A stretch of DNA of 12,632 nt from Armatimonadota bacterium (GCA_037440005.1 JBBIUY010000051.1:1-12632); one strand, 5' to 3'. Shown: positions 1 through 8,586, counted from the stretch's first letter. Notes: generated by a model from the sequence alone, not told the origin. Numbers and translations: made by a program.

Positions 1-152
1 AGGGCTCGGTTGGAGTCTCAAAGTGCAAACACCTAGTCCGCACTGGACACCCTAGCGGCCTCTACCGGTCGGGAGCCCGCGGCCCGGGAGCCGGCCGTCT
101 ACGGCCCCGGGGAGAGGGGTACAACACCGGCAGGAACAGGGGGTGGCGCGGG

Positions 153-500
153 ATGCTCTGTCGTTCCTGCGGGCGGATGAACCGGGACGAGGACCTGTTC
201 TGCAGTTCCTGCGGGGCCAAACTCCTGCGGTCGAAGGTCTGCCGGGCCTGCGGCGCCAAGAACCGGCACGACAGCACCTACTGTGGAACCTGCGGCGCCA
301 GACTCCCCGACGACGGGATGCACTGCCCGTCCTGCGGCCACCCGGTGCGGCCCCGGGACCAGTTCTGCTCCAACTGCGGCACCCAGGTGGTGGAGGGCAT
401 CGTCTGCGGGGTCTGTCACGCCTCCAACCGGGACGACGCCCGTTTCTGCGCCACCTGCGGGTCCCCGGTCCGGGTGCAGGCGCCGGCGGCGGCCGGCTGA
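153..500 (+). CDS. Double zinc ribbon (DZR)-type protein, 115 aa, four tandem zinc ribbons
   Basis: Eight CxxC motifs arranged as four CxxC-x10-CxxCG units (CRSC/CSSC, CRAC/CGTC, CPSC/CSNC, CGVC/CATC). High GC3 codon usage. G-rich SD-like GGGGGTGG upstream of ATG 153. Confidence 0.88.
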   Translation: MLCRSCGRMNRDEDLFCSSCGAKLLRSKVCRACGAKNRHDSTYCGTCGARLPDDGMHCPSCGHPVRPRDQFCSNCGTQVVEGIVCGVCHASNRDDARFCATCGSPVRVQAPAAAG

Positions 501-513
501 CGGGGAGAACAAC

Positions 514-604
514 GGCATCGGGGATCCGGGATCTGGCATCAGGGATCAGGCATCGGGGTCCTGGGATCAGGGATCAGGCATCCGGGATCAGGGATGGGAG
601 ATCG
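514..604 (+). repeat. Tandem heptamer array, 13 units, consensus GG(G/C)ATCN
   Basis: Read directly: GGCATCG GGGATCC GGGATCT GGCATCA GGGATCA GGCATCG GGGTCCT GGGATCA GGGATCA GGCATCC GGGATCA GGGATGG GAGATCG. Confidence 0.92.
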
Positions 605-625
605 TGGTGCATTTCACGCAGTTAC

Positions 626-674
626 TGATCCCAGATCTCTGATCCCTGATTACTGATCCCTGATTTCGGATCCC
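626..674 (-). repeat. Tandem heptamer array, 7 units, consensus TGATCCC on + (reverse complement of the 514-604 unit)
   Basis: Read directly: TGATCCC AGATCTC TGATCCC TGATTAC TGATCCC TGATTTC GGATCCC. Confidence 0.9.
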
Positions 675-689
675 GGAGTTTCGCGGTTA

Positions 690-845
690 TCAGTGCCCCT
701 GATCCTCCGGCGAGGGGCGGTGCAGGGCCTCCCAGCGGTCGCGGTCCAGGACGATCAGCCGGCCCTCGTCGTCGAAGAGGATGTACAGCCACCCCTCCTG
801 GAGGTCCTCCTCGTACAGGCGCACTACAACTCCGACTCCAGCCAT
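690..845 (-). CDS. Small hypothetical protein, 51 aa (MAGVGVVVRLYEEDLQEGWLYILFDDEGRLIVLDRDRWEALHRPSPEDQGH)
   Basis: Translated by hand; too short to appear in the ORF track. ATG at 845-843, double stop TGA TAA. Codons after the first few are almost all G/C-ending, and the composition (acidic plus aromatic/hydrophobic) is unlike the Pro/Arg/Gly-rich shadow ORFs. SD is weak (AGGGTG). Confidence 0.65.
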   Translation of the reverse strand: MAGVGVVVRLYEEDLQEGWLYILFDDEGRLIVLDRDRWEALHRPSPEDQGH

Positions 846-882
846 GCCCCGGCACCCTGACCCGTCTGTCGGGTCACCCTTT

Positions 883-898
883 ATTAGTGTCCACTAAT
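883..898. promoter_or_regulatory. Perfect AT-rich inverted repeat ATTAGTG-TC-CACTAAT, candidate transcription-factor operator
   Basis: 7-bp perfect dyad with a 2-bp spacer, standing out from GC-rich surroundings, about 40 nt upstream of the 690-845 ORF. It overlaps the possible -10 of a minus-strand TTGCAG(915-910)-18nt-GACACT promoter. Confidence 0.5.
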
Positions 899-1065
899 TC
901 GCGGCCGGCCTGCAAGTCCCTCTGAGGGTGAACGTAGGTCTCTGGGGACTAGACATCGTTCTCCGCACTGGGGCGGCGGGCATCCTCGCGTATTGTCCCT
1001 GGCCGTGGGCTCGAATCGTCAGTGCACCGGGGTCATGCGGATGACACGCTCAAAGCCCCGGAACC

Positions 1066-1144
1066 TGGGGTGACCGAGGGGATTTGAACCCCCGACCTCC
1101 TGGGCCACAGCCAGGCGCTCTCACCGGGCTGAGCTACGGTCACC
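1066..1144 (-). tRNA. tRNA-His (GUG)
   Basis: Reverse complement: GGTGACCG TAGCTCAGCCCGGTGAGAGCG CCTGG CT GTG GC CCAGG AGGTC GGGGG TTCAAAT CCCCT CGGTCACC CCA. Full cloverleaf, anticodon GTG (1108-1106), His-specific G-1:C73 8-bp acceptor stem, encoded CCA. Confidence 0.97.
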
Positions 1145-1154
1145 GCACACAGGC

Positions 1155-1163
1155 ATTCTAGCA
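1155..1163 (-). promoter_or_regulatory. Extended -10 promoter of tRNA-His (TGcTAGAAT)
   Basis: Minus strand reads TGTGCTAGAAT ending 10 nt before the mature tRNA 5' end. No recognisable -35. Confidence 0.65.
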
Positions 1164-1272
1164 CAGGCCGCCGTCCCGCGGAGCGGCGCCCCGCCCCCGC
1201 CGGCCGTGACGCAGCCGTTACCTGCCGGGAGCACCGTGCGGGGTGGAGAGTTCCTCGCCGGAGGTGAGTCAG

Positions 1273-1755
1273 GTGGTCAGAAGATGGTTTGTGCTGGCGT
1301 TCCCGGTCGCGGCCGCCCTGGTGGTCTGGGCGGGGGCGGCGGCCATCGCCCAGTACGGGGGCGGCGGCTACGGCTATGAGCAGGCCCCCGCCGGCCTGAC
1401 CAACCAGCTCAAGACGGCCCAGGCCCACGCCACCAACTCGGCCCGGTCGGAGGCGCTGCGGGACGCCCGGTGGCACCTCAGTCACGTGGTCAACTGCCTG
1501 GAGGGTCCCCGCGGCAAGAACTACGACGCCCAGGCCGGCAACCCGTGCCAGGGCCAGGGCGGGGGCATCATCCCCGACCTGGAGGCCGCATCCCGCGCCT
1601 ACCAGATGGGGGCGGATGCGGCGCTGGACGCGGCGCGCAAGGCCGACGAGGTGGCCGTGGCGGGCGTGAAGCAGACCGATCTGGCCCAGGTGAAGTCCGC
1701 CGCGGCCCGGGCGACGGACCTGCTGGGCCAGGCCCTCAGGGCTCTGGGTCAGTAG
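1273..1755 (+). CDS. Exported hypothetical protein (about 160 aa) with signal peptide and HLSHVVNC...NPC motif
   Basis: Start moved from 1243 to GTG 1273 because SD GGAGGTGA lies at 1260-1267. The N-terminus MVRRWFVLAFPVAAALVVWAGAAAIA has a basic region, a hydrophobic stretch and an AxA cleavage motif. Strong GC3 bias. The mature part is Ala-rich and looks helical. Confidence 0.82.
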   Translation: MVRRWFVLAFPVAAALVVWAGAAAIAQYGGGGYGYEQAPAGLTNQLKTAQAHATNSARSEALRDARWHLSHVVNCLEGPRGKNYDAQAGNPCQGQGGGIIPDLEAASRAYQMGADAALDAARKADEVAVAGVKQTDLAQVKSAAARATDLLGQALRALGQ

Positions 1756-1835
1756 TTGGCGTCGCTGAACACGGACGCCCCCCGCCGGCGGGTGGGAGAC
1801 GGTCCGACTCCGCCGCCCGCCGCGCCTCCGGGGGG

Positions 1836-1864
1836 TTGACACGCCCTCTTGCCCCTGTTACATT
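1836..1864 (+). promoter_or_regulatory. Sigma70/SigA promoter of the ilv-leu operon
   Basis: TTGACA (1836-1841), 17-nt spacer, TACATT (1859-1864), with extended -10 TG at 1856-1857. Predicted TSS about 1871-1872. Confidence 0.88.
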
Positions 1865-1890
1865 TGCGGGCAAAGCAGGCCGATCTGCGT

Positions 1891-2004
1891 GAGGAAGTGC
1901 GCCTAGGGTTCCACGGCCCCACAAGGGCCGGTCGGTCCGAGCGGCGCAGGCAGCCGGTCAGGCTGCTACACCGTCAGGACAAAAGCCTGAGGGATAGGTT
2001 CCTC
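1891..2004 (+). ncRNA. ykkC-yxkD family riboswitch aptamer, most likely subtype 2a (ppGpp)
   Basis: Hallmark segments CCUAGGGUUCC, GGUCCGAGCGG, ACACC and GGACAAAAGCC. Closing P0 helix GAGGAA(1891-1896)/UUCCUC(1999-2004) and GAUAGG tail are typical of subtypes 2a/2b, not guanidine-I. A1990 sits at the position equivalent to G96 of the PRPP aptamer (G for PRPP, A for ppGpp; alignment from memory). Upstream of BCAA biosynthesis genes, the established ppGpp-subtype context. Confidence 0.9.
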
Positions 2005-2032
2005 GGTGGATCTATCGCCCAGGCTTTTCTCT
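1981..2032 (+). terminator. Intrinsic terminator of the ykkC/ppGpp expression platform (ON switch)
   Basis: AAAAGCCUG-A-GG-GAUAGG-UUCC pairs with GGA-UCUAUC-G-CC-CAGGCUUUU, followed by CUCU. The 5' arm is the aptamer's P3/P0 3' tail, so the two structures are mutually exclusive. Confidence 0.85.
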
Positions 2033-2039
2033 ATAGGTC

Positions 2040-2350
2040 GCAGGCGACGAGGAGAAGCAGTAGGCGGTCAAGGAGACGCGCCCAGAGAGCCGGAGCAGGT
2101 GCAAGCCGGCCGCGTCGGTCCGCCGAACTCGTCTCCGAGCTGCAGCGCCGCAGGCCTCCGGCCTCAGGCGCTGCCGGATCCCGCCGATAGCGGGTTGAGA
2201 GCCCCAACGCCGCCGAACGCGGTCGCGCGACCGTGCAAGTGCGCCGCTTGACGGCTGCCGCCGGTTCACGCGGCGGCGCGGTCGGCCGTTGGGGAACTAA
2301 GGTGGTACCGCGGGATCACCGTCCTTAGGGTGGTCCCGCGGTGTGTTTTT
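2040..2350 (+). ncRNA. Transcriptional T-box riboswitch, leucine-specific (specifier CUC)
   Basis: Stem I has a GA/K-turn motif, AGUA (2059-2062), AG bulge CAGAGAGC (2083-2090), terminal GGUGCAA (2098-2104) and specifier loop GAA-CUC-G (CUC 2128-2130). Stem II is GCAGCGCC/GGCGCUGC and Stem IIA is CCCGC/GCGGG. Antiterminator: CUAAGG(2297-2302), UGGUACC bulge (2303-2309), GCGG/CCGU, CCUUAG(2323-2328). UGGU matches discriminator A73 of tRNA-Leu. Confidence 0.95.
2307..2350 (+). terminator. T-box intrinsic terminator
   Basis: ACCGCGGGAUCACC (2307-2320) pairs with GGUGGUCCCGCGGU (2329-2342), followed by GUGUUUUU. Overlaps and excludes the antiterminator. Confidence 0.9.
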
Positions 2351-2390
2351 CAGACCGGCAGACACGCGGTCGCGCGGAGGAGCCGTCCTG

Positions 2391-2453
2391 GTGCCGCAGA
2401 CGACAGTCCGCGGCCACCGGGCCGCCCGCCGGCGCAACCGCCGCGTGAGGTGA
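2391..2453 (+). CDS. Candidate 20-aa upstream ORF (MPQTTVRGHRAARRRNRRVR)
   Basis: SD GGAGGAG (2376-2382) 8 nt before GTG 2391. Its stop TGA (2451-2453) overlaps an ATG in the ilvB frame (TGATG). No homology evidence. Confidence 0.3.
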   Translation: MPQTTVRGHRAARRRNRRVR

Positions 2454-2458
2454 TGGCC

Positions 2459-4172
<1,714 letters not shown>

Positions 4173-4180
<8 letters not shown>

Positions 4181-4673
4181 GGGCACCCACGCGGCCACCA
4201 TCTCGGTCCTGGTGCAGAACGCCCCCGGGGTACTGGTGCGGGTGGCCGGGCTGATCCGCCGGCGGGGGGTGAACATCCACAGCCTGTCGGTGGGGCCCAC
4301 CGAGGACCCCGCCATCTCCCGGATGACCATCGTGGTGGACACGGCCCCCGACCGCACCGAGCAGTTCGCCAAGCAGCTGCGCAAGCTGGTGGAGGTCCTG
4401 CGGGCCACCGCCATCGACGGGCTGCCCACCGTGGACCGGGAGCTGGCGCTGGTGAAGGTCAACGTCACCCCGGGCACCCGGCTGGAGATCATGGAGATCG
4501 CCAACGTGTTCCGGGCCAGCGTGGTGGACCTCACCGACCGCACCATGACCCTGGAGGTCACCGGCCGGGACGAGAAGGTGGACGCCTTCATCGAGCTGCT
4601 GAAAAAGTACGGGATCCGCGAGATGGCCCGCACCGGCCAGGTCACCCTGGTCCGGGGCGCCCAGGCCACCTGA
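4173..4673 (+). CDS. ilvN: Acetolactate synthase small (regulatory, ACT) subunit
   Basis: ISVLVQNAPGVLVRVAGLIRRRGVNIHSLSVG, SRMTIVV, KQLRKLVEV, RELALVKV, EMARTG. Overlaps the ilvB stop by 8 nt. Confidence 0.97.
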
Positions 4674-4715
4674 CGGGCCGGGGTCGGACGGGAGGACCGG
4701 AGGAGGCACAAGACG

Positions 4716-5741
4716 ATGGCGACCATCTACTACGACCAGGACGCGCCACTGGACCCGCTGCGGGACAAGACGGTGGCCGTGATCGGCTACGGCAGCCAGG
4801 GGCACGCCCACGCCCAGAACCTGCGGGACAGCGGGATCCGCGTGGTGGTGGGCCTGTACCCGGGCGCGCCGTCCTGGGCCCGGGCCGCCGCCGACGGGTT
4901 CGAGGTGTTCCCCGCCGCCGAGGCGGTCCGCCGGGCCGACGTGGTGGCCATGCTGCTACCCGATCACGTCCAGCGGCCCACCTACGACACCGCGGTGGCC
5001 CCCCACCTGGACCCCGGCGACACGCTGCTGTTCGCCCACGGCTTCAACATCCACTTCCGCCAGATCGTCCCCGCCCCCACCGTGGACGTGGTGATGGTGG
5101 CGCCCAAGGCCCCCGGCCATCGGATGCGGGAGCTGTTCACCGAGGGGGTGGGGGTGCCCGCCCTGCTGGCGGTCCACCAGGACGTGACCGGACGGGCCCG
5201 GCAGACGGCGCTGGCGTACGCCCGGGGCGTGGGGTGCACCCGGGCCGGCGTCATCGAGACCACGTTCCGGGAGGAGACCGAGACCGACCTGTTCGGCGAG
5301 CAGGCGGTGCTGTGCGGGGGCATCGCCAGCCTCATCAAGGCCGGGTTTGAGACCCTGGTGGAGGCGGGCTACCAGCCCGAGGTGGCCTACTTCGAGTGCC
5401 TGCACGAGATGAAGCTCATCGTGGACCTCATCTACGAAGGCGGGCTGTCCTACATGCGGTACTCGGTGTCGGACACCGCCGAGTACGGCGACTACAGCCG
5501 CGGGCACCGGGTCATCGACGAGAAGGTCCGGGCGGAGATGAAGCGGATCCTGCGGGAAGTCCAGGACGGGACGTTCGCCCGGGAGTGGGTCAGCGAGAAC
5601 CAGGCCGGCCGCCCCAACTTCCTCGAGCAGCGCCGCCAGGAGGAACGCCACCCCATCGAGGAGGTGGGGCGGCGGCTGCGGGCCATGATGCCCTGGCTGG
5701 CGCGCCGCAGCCGGCCCGGCGCGCCCGCGCCGGCGTCGTGA
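4716..5741 (+). CDS. ilvC: Ketol-acid reductoisomerase (class I, short form)
   Basis: [82 protein letters not shown] at 4701-4706. Confidence 0.98.
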   Translation: MATIYYDQDAPLDPLRDKTVAVIGYGSQGHAHAQNLRDSGIRVVVGLYPGAPSWARAAADGFEVFPAAEAVRRADVVAMLLPDHVQRPTYDTAVAPHLDPGDTLLFAHGFNIHFRQIVPAPTVDVVMVAPKAPGHRMRELFTEGVGVPALLAVHQDVTGRARQTALAYARGVGCTRAGVIETTFREETETDLFGEQAVLCGGIASLIKAGFETLVEAGYQPEVAYFECLHEMKLIVDLIYEGGLSYMRYSVSDTAEYGDYSRGHRVIDEKVRAEMKRILREVQDGTFAREWVSENQAGRPNFLEQRRQEERHPIEEVGRRLRAMMPWLARRSRPGAPAPAS

Positions 5742-5753
5742 CGGAGGGCCGCG

Positions 5754-7301
5754 ATGGACGACCGGGTGGCCATCTTTGACACGACCCTGCGGGACGGCGA
5801 GCAGTCGCCCGGATTTTCCCTGTGGCCGGAGGAGAAGCTGGAGCTGGCCCGCCAGCTGGCCCGGCTGGGGGTGGACGTGATCGAGGCGGGGTTTCCCGTC
5901 TCCTCGCCGGGCGAGTTCGAGGGGGTCCGGCGCATCGCCGCCGAGGTGCGCGGGCCGGTGATCTGCGCCCTGGCCCGGGCCCACCCCCAGGACATCGAGG
6001 CCGCCGCCGAGGCGGTGCGGCCGGCCGAGCGGGCGCGGGTGCACACCTTCATCGCCACCTCGCCCATCCACATGGCCCGCAAGCTGCGCATGAGCCCCGA
6101 GCAGGTCCTGGAGGCGGCCCGGGCGGCGGTGGTGCTGGCGCGGCGGCTGGCCCCGGAGGTGGAGTTCTCCGCCGAGGACGCCACCCGGTCGGAGGTGGAC
6201 TTCCTGTGCCGGGTGTTCGAGGCGGCCATCGGGGCGGGGGCGACGGTGATCAACATCCCGGACACGGTGGGCTACGCCCTGCCCGACGAGTACGCCGACC
6301 TGGTGCGCACCCTCCGGGAGCGGGTGCCGGGGATGGACCGGGTCACCGTCAGCGTGCACTGCCACAACGACCTGGGTCTGGCCACCGCCAACACCCTGGC
6401 CGGCCTGCGGGCGGGCGCGCGGCAGGTGGAGGGGACCATCAACGGCATCGGCGAGCGGGCCGGCAACGCCGCCCTGGAAGAGGTGATCATGGCCCTGCAC
6501 ACCCGGACGGACCTGCTGGGCCTGACCACCGGCGTGGACACCACCCAGATCTACCCCACCAGCCGCTTGCTGTGCGCCCTGACGGGGGTGGAGGTGCAGC
6601 CCAACAAGGCCATCGTGGGCGCCAACGCCTTCGCCCACGAGGCCGGCATCCACCAGCACGGGGTCCTGGTGGACCGGCGCACCTACGAGATCATGACCCC
6701 GGCTTCGGTGGGTCTGCCCACCAACCGGCTGGTGCTGGGCAAGCACTCGGGGCGGCACGCTTTCGAGAAGGTCCTGCAGGACGCCGGCATCCGCCTGGGG
6801 CCCGCCGAGCTGGACCGGGCGTTCGCCCGCTTCAAGGAGGTGTGCGACCGCAAGAAGACCGTGCTCACCGACGAGGTGATCGCCCTGGTGGAAGAGCAGT
6901 TCGCCGCGGCGCCCCGGACCTGGGACCTGGTCCGCTTTGAGGTCAGCACCGGCACCGGCCGGCCGCCTCAGGCCGCCGTGGTGGTGGCCCGGGGGAGAGA
7001 CCAGGTGGAGCGCACGGCCGCCGGCGATGGCCCGGTGGACGCCCTGTTCGAGGCCATCGCCGCCGCCGTGGGGCTGCGCCCGGCGCTGGTGGACTACACG
7101 GTGCGCGCCGCCGCGGGGGGCGCCGACGCGGTGGGGGAGGCGGTGGTGAAGGTGCGGTGGGACGCCGACCTGGTGGTCGGGCGGGCCAGCAGCACCGACA
7201 TCCTGGAGGCCAGCGCCCGGGCCTACCTGGCGGCCGTCAACAAGATCGTCCACCGGCGGGCCGGGGCGCCCGCCGGGGAGGCGCCGGTGGGCCGGGGGTG
7301 A
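5754..7301 (+). CDS. leuA: 2-isopropylmalate synthase
   Basis: IFDTTLRDGEQSPG, EFSAEDATR, INIPDTVG, HCHNDLGLA, NGIGERAGNAALEE, AFAHEAGIHQ, LGKHSGRH, plus a C-terminal regulatory domain (GDGPVDA). Confidence 0.97.
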   Translation: MDDRVAIFDTTLRDGEQSPGFSLWPEEKLELARQLARLGVDVIEAGFPVSSPGEFEGVRRIAAEVRGPVICALARAHPQDIEAAAEAVRPAERARVHTFIATSPIHMARKLRMSPEQVLEAARAAVVLARRLAPEVEFSAEDATRSEVDFLCRVFEAAIGAGATVINIPDTVGYALPDEYADLVRTLRERVPGMDRVTVSVHCHNDLGLATANTLAGLRAGARQVEGTINGIGERAGNAALEEVIMALHTRTDLLGLTTGVDTTQIYPTSRLLCALTGVEVQPNKAIVGANAFAHEAGIHQHGVLVDRRTYEIMTPASVGLPTNRLVLGKHSGRHAFEKVLQDAGIRLGPAELDRAFARFKEVCDRKKTVLTDEVIALVEEQFAAAPRTWDLVRFEVSTGTGRPPQAAVVVARGRDQVERTAAGDGPVDALFEAIAAAVGLRPALVDYTVRAAAGGADAVGEAVVKVRWDADLVVGRASSTDILEASARAYLAAVNKIVHRRAGAPAGEAPVGRG

Positions 7302-7305
7302 GCCC

Positions 7306-8586
7306 GTGGGCATGACCATCACCGAAAAGATCCTGGCCGCCCACGCCGGGGCGGCGTCGGTGCGCCCCGGCGAACTGATCGACTGCCGGGTGGACTTCGC
7401 CTTTGCCAACGACATCACGGCCCCCCTGGCCATCCAGGAGTTCGCGAAGATGGGGGTGGACCGGGTCTTCGACCCCGACCGGGTCGCCTTCGTCTTCGAC
7501 CACTACGTCCCCCCCAAGGACATCGCCTCGGCGCAGCAGTGCAAGATCACCCGGGAGTTCGTGGCGGCCCACGGCCTGCCCCACTTCTTCGACGTGGGCC
7601 GGTCGGGGATCGCCCACGTGCTGCTGGCCGAGCTGGGGTACGTGGTGCCCGGGGACGTCTTCATCGGCGCCGACTCCCACACGTGCAACCACGGGGCCCT
7701 GGGCGCCTTTGCCACCGGCGTGGGGTCCACCGACCTGGCGGCCGTCCTGGCCCTGGGGCGGCTGTGGCTGCGGGTGCCCGAGACCATCCGGATCGTCTTT
7801 CATGGCCGCCCGCGGCGGTGGGTCACCGGCAAAGACCTCGTCCTCACCGTGATCGGCGACATCGGGGTGGACGGGGCCCGCTACGCGGCCCTGGAGTTTG
7901 CCGGCGACACCCTGGCCCACCTGACCATGGACGAGCGATTCTCCATCACCAACATGGCCGTGGAGGCCGGGGCCAAGAACGGCATCATGGAGCCCGACGA
8001 GCGGACGCTGGAGTGGGTGCGTCCCCGGGCCCGCCGGCCGTGGGTCGTCTACCGCAGCGACCCCGACGCCGCCTACGCCGACGTGCGGGAGTACGACGTC
8101 TCCGCCCTGGAGCCGGTGGTGGCCGCCCCCACGTCGCCCGGCAACGTGGTGCCGGTGCGGGAGGCCGCCGGGGTGCGGGTGGACCAGTGCTTCATCGGCA
8201 CCTGCACCAACGGCCGCATCGAGGACCTGCGCATGGCGGCCCGGGTCCTGGCCGGCCGCCGGGTGCATCCCCACACCCGCCTGCTCGTGATCCCCGCCAC
8301 CCCCGCCGTCTACCGGCAGGCCCTGGAAGAGGGGCTGCTGCAGGTCTTCCTGGACGCCGGGGCCGCGGTGAGCACCTCCACCTGCGGGCCCTGCATCGGC
8401 GGGCACATGGGAGTGCTGGCCGACGGGGAGGTGTGCGTGTCCACCAGCAGCCGGAACTTCGTCGGCCGCATGGGCCACCGGGGCAGCCGCGTCTACCTGA
8501 GCAACGCGGCGGTGGCGGCGGCTTCGGCGGTGGCCGGACGGCTGGTGCACCCCGACGAGGTGGTCGGGGAGACGGCGGCGGTGTAG
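7306..8586 (+). CDS. leuC: 3-isopropylmalate dehydratase large subunit (short LeuC type 2 subfamily)
   Basis: MGMTITEKILA, DHYVP, GADSHTC, NMAVEAGAK, FIGTCTNGRIEDL, CGPCIGGH (three Fe-S cysteines), RNFVGRMG. 426 aa. GTG 7306 or ATG 7312 start. Confidence 0.95.
   Translation: MGMTITEKILAAHAGAASVRPGELIDCRVDFAFANDITAPLAIQEFAKMGVDRVFDPDRVAFVFDHYVPPKDIASAQQCKITREFVAAHGLPHFFDVGRSGIAHVLLAELGYVVPGDVFIGADSHTCNHGALGAFATGVGSTDLAAVLALGRLWLRVPETIRIVFHGRPRRWVTGKDLVLTVIGDIGVDGARYAALEFAGDTLAHLTMDERFSITNMAVEAGAKNGIMEPDERTLEWVRPRARRPWVVYRSDPDAAYADVREYDVSALEPVVAAPTSPGNVVPVREAAGVRVDQCFIGTCTNGRIEDLRMAARVLAGRRVHPHTRLLVIPATPAVYRQALEEGLLQVFLDAGAAVSTSTCGPCIGGHMGVLADGEVCVSTSSRNFVGRMGHRGSRVYLSNAAVAAASAVAGRLVHPDEVVGETAAV

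Noticed and set aside
3..29. CIRCE-like half site AAGTGCAAA
   Set aside because: No matching left arm (TTAGCACTC) at the 9-nt spacing, and no heat-shock gene start visible nearby.
30..56. Possible IS end next to a CTAG (GGACACCCTAG)
   Set aside because: No transposase or partner inverted repeat in the window, so it cannot be supported without upstream sequence.
143..642. ORFs 143..628 and 283..642 with GIRDQ/SGIRD peptide repeats
   Set aside because: The peptide repeats are just translations of the heptamer DNA array. The Cys-patterned 153..500 frame is the credible gene.
514..674. CRISPR array or oriC (GATC cluster)
   Set aside because: Units are 7-nt tandem repeats with no spacers and no cas genes. 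I saw no DnaA-box cluster or AT-rich unwinding element.
37..971. 10-bp direct repeat TCCGCACTGG (37-46 and 962-971) as island boundaries beside tRNA-His
   Set aside because: A 10-mer match is expected by chance in about 1 kb of GC-rich DNA. It is not a copy of the tRNA 3' end, and there is no integrase.
2148..2197. Resemblance to the c-di-GMP-I riboswitch P2 (GCCUCCGGCCU...UAGCGGGUU)
   Set aside because: Lacks the GGCAAAC/GNRA P1 arm and the GCAAAG junction. The segment is explained as T-box Stem II and IIA.
1849..2269. ORFs overlapping the leader (1849..2190, 2006..2251, 2012..2269) as attenuator peptides
   Set aside because: No convincing SD and no Leu/Ile/Val runs. The region is accounted for by the two riboswitches.
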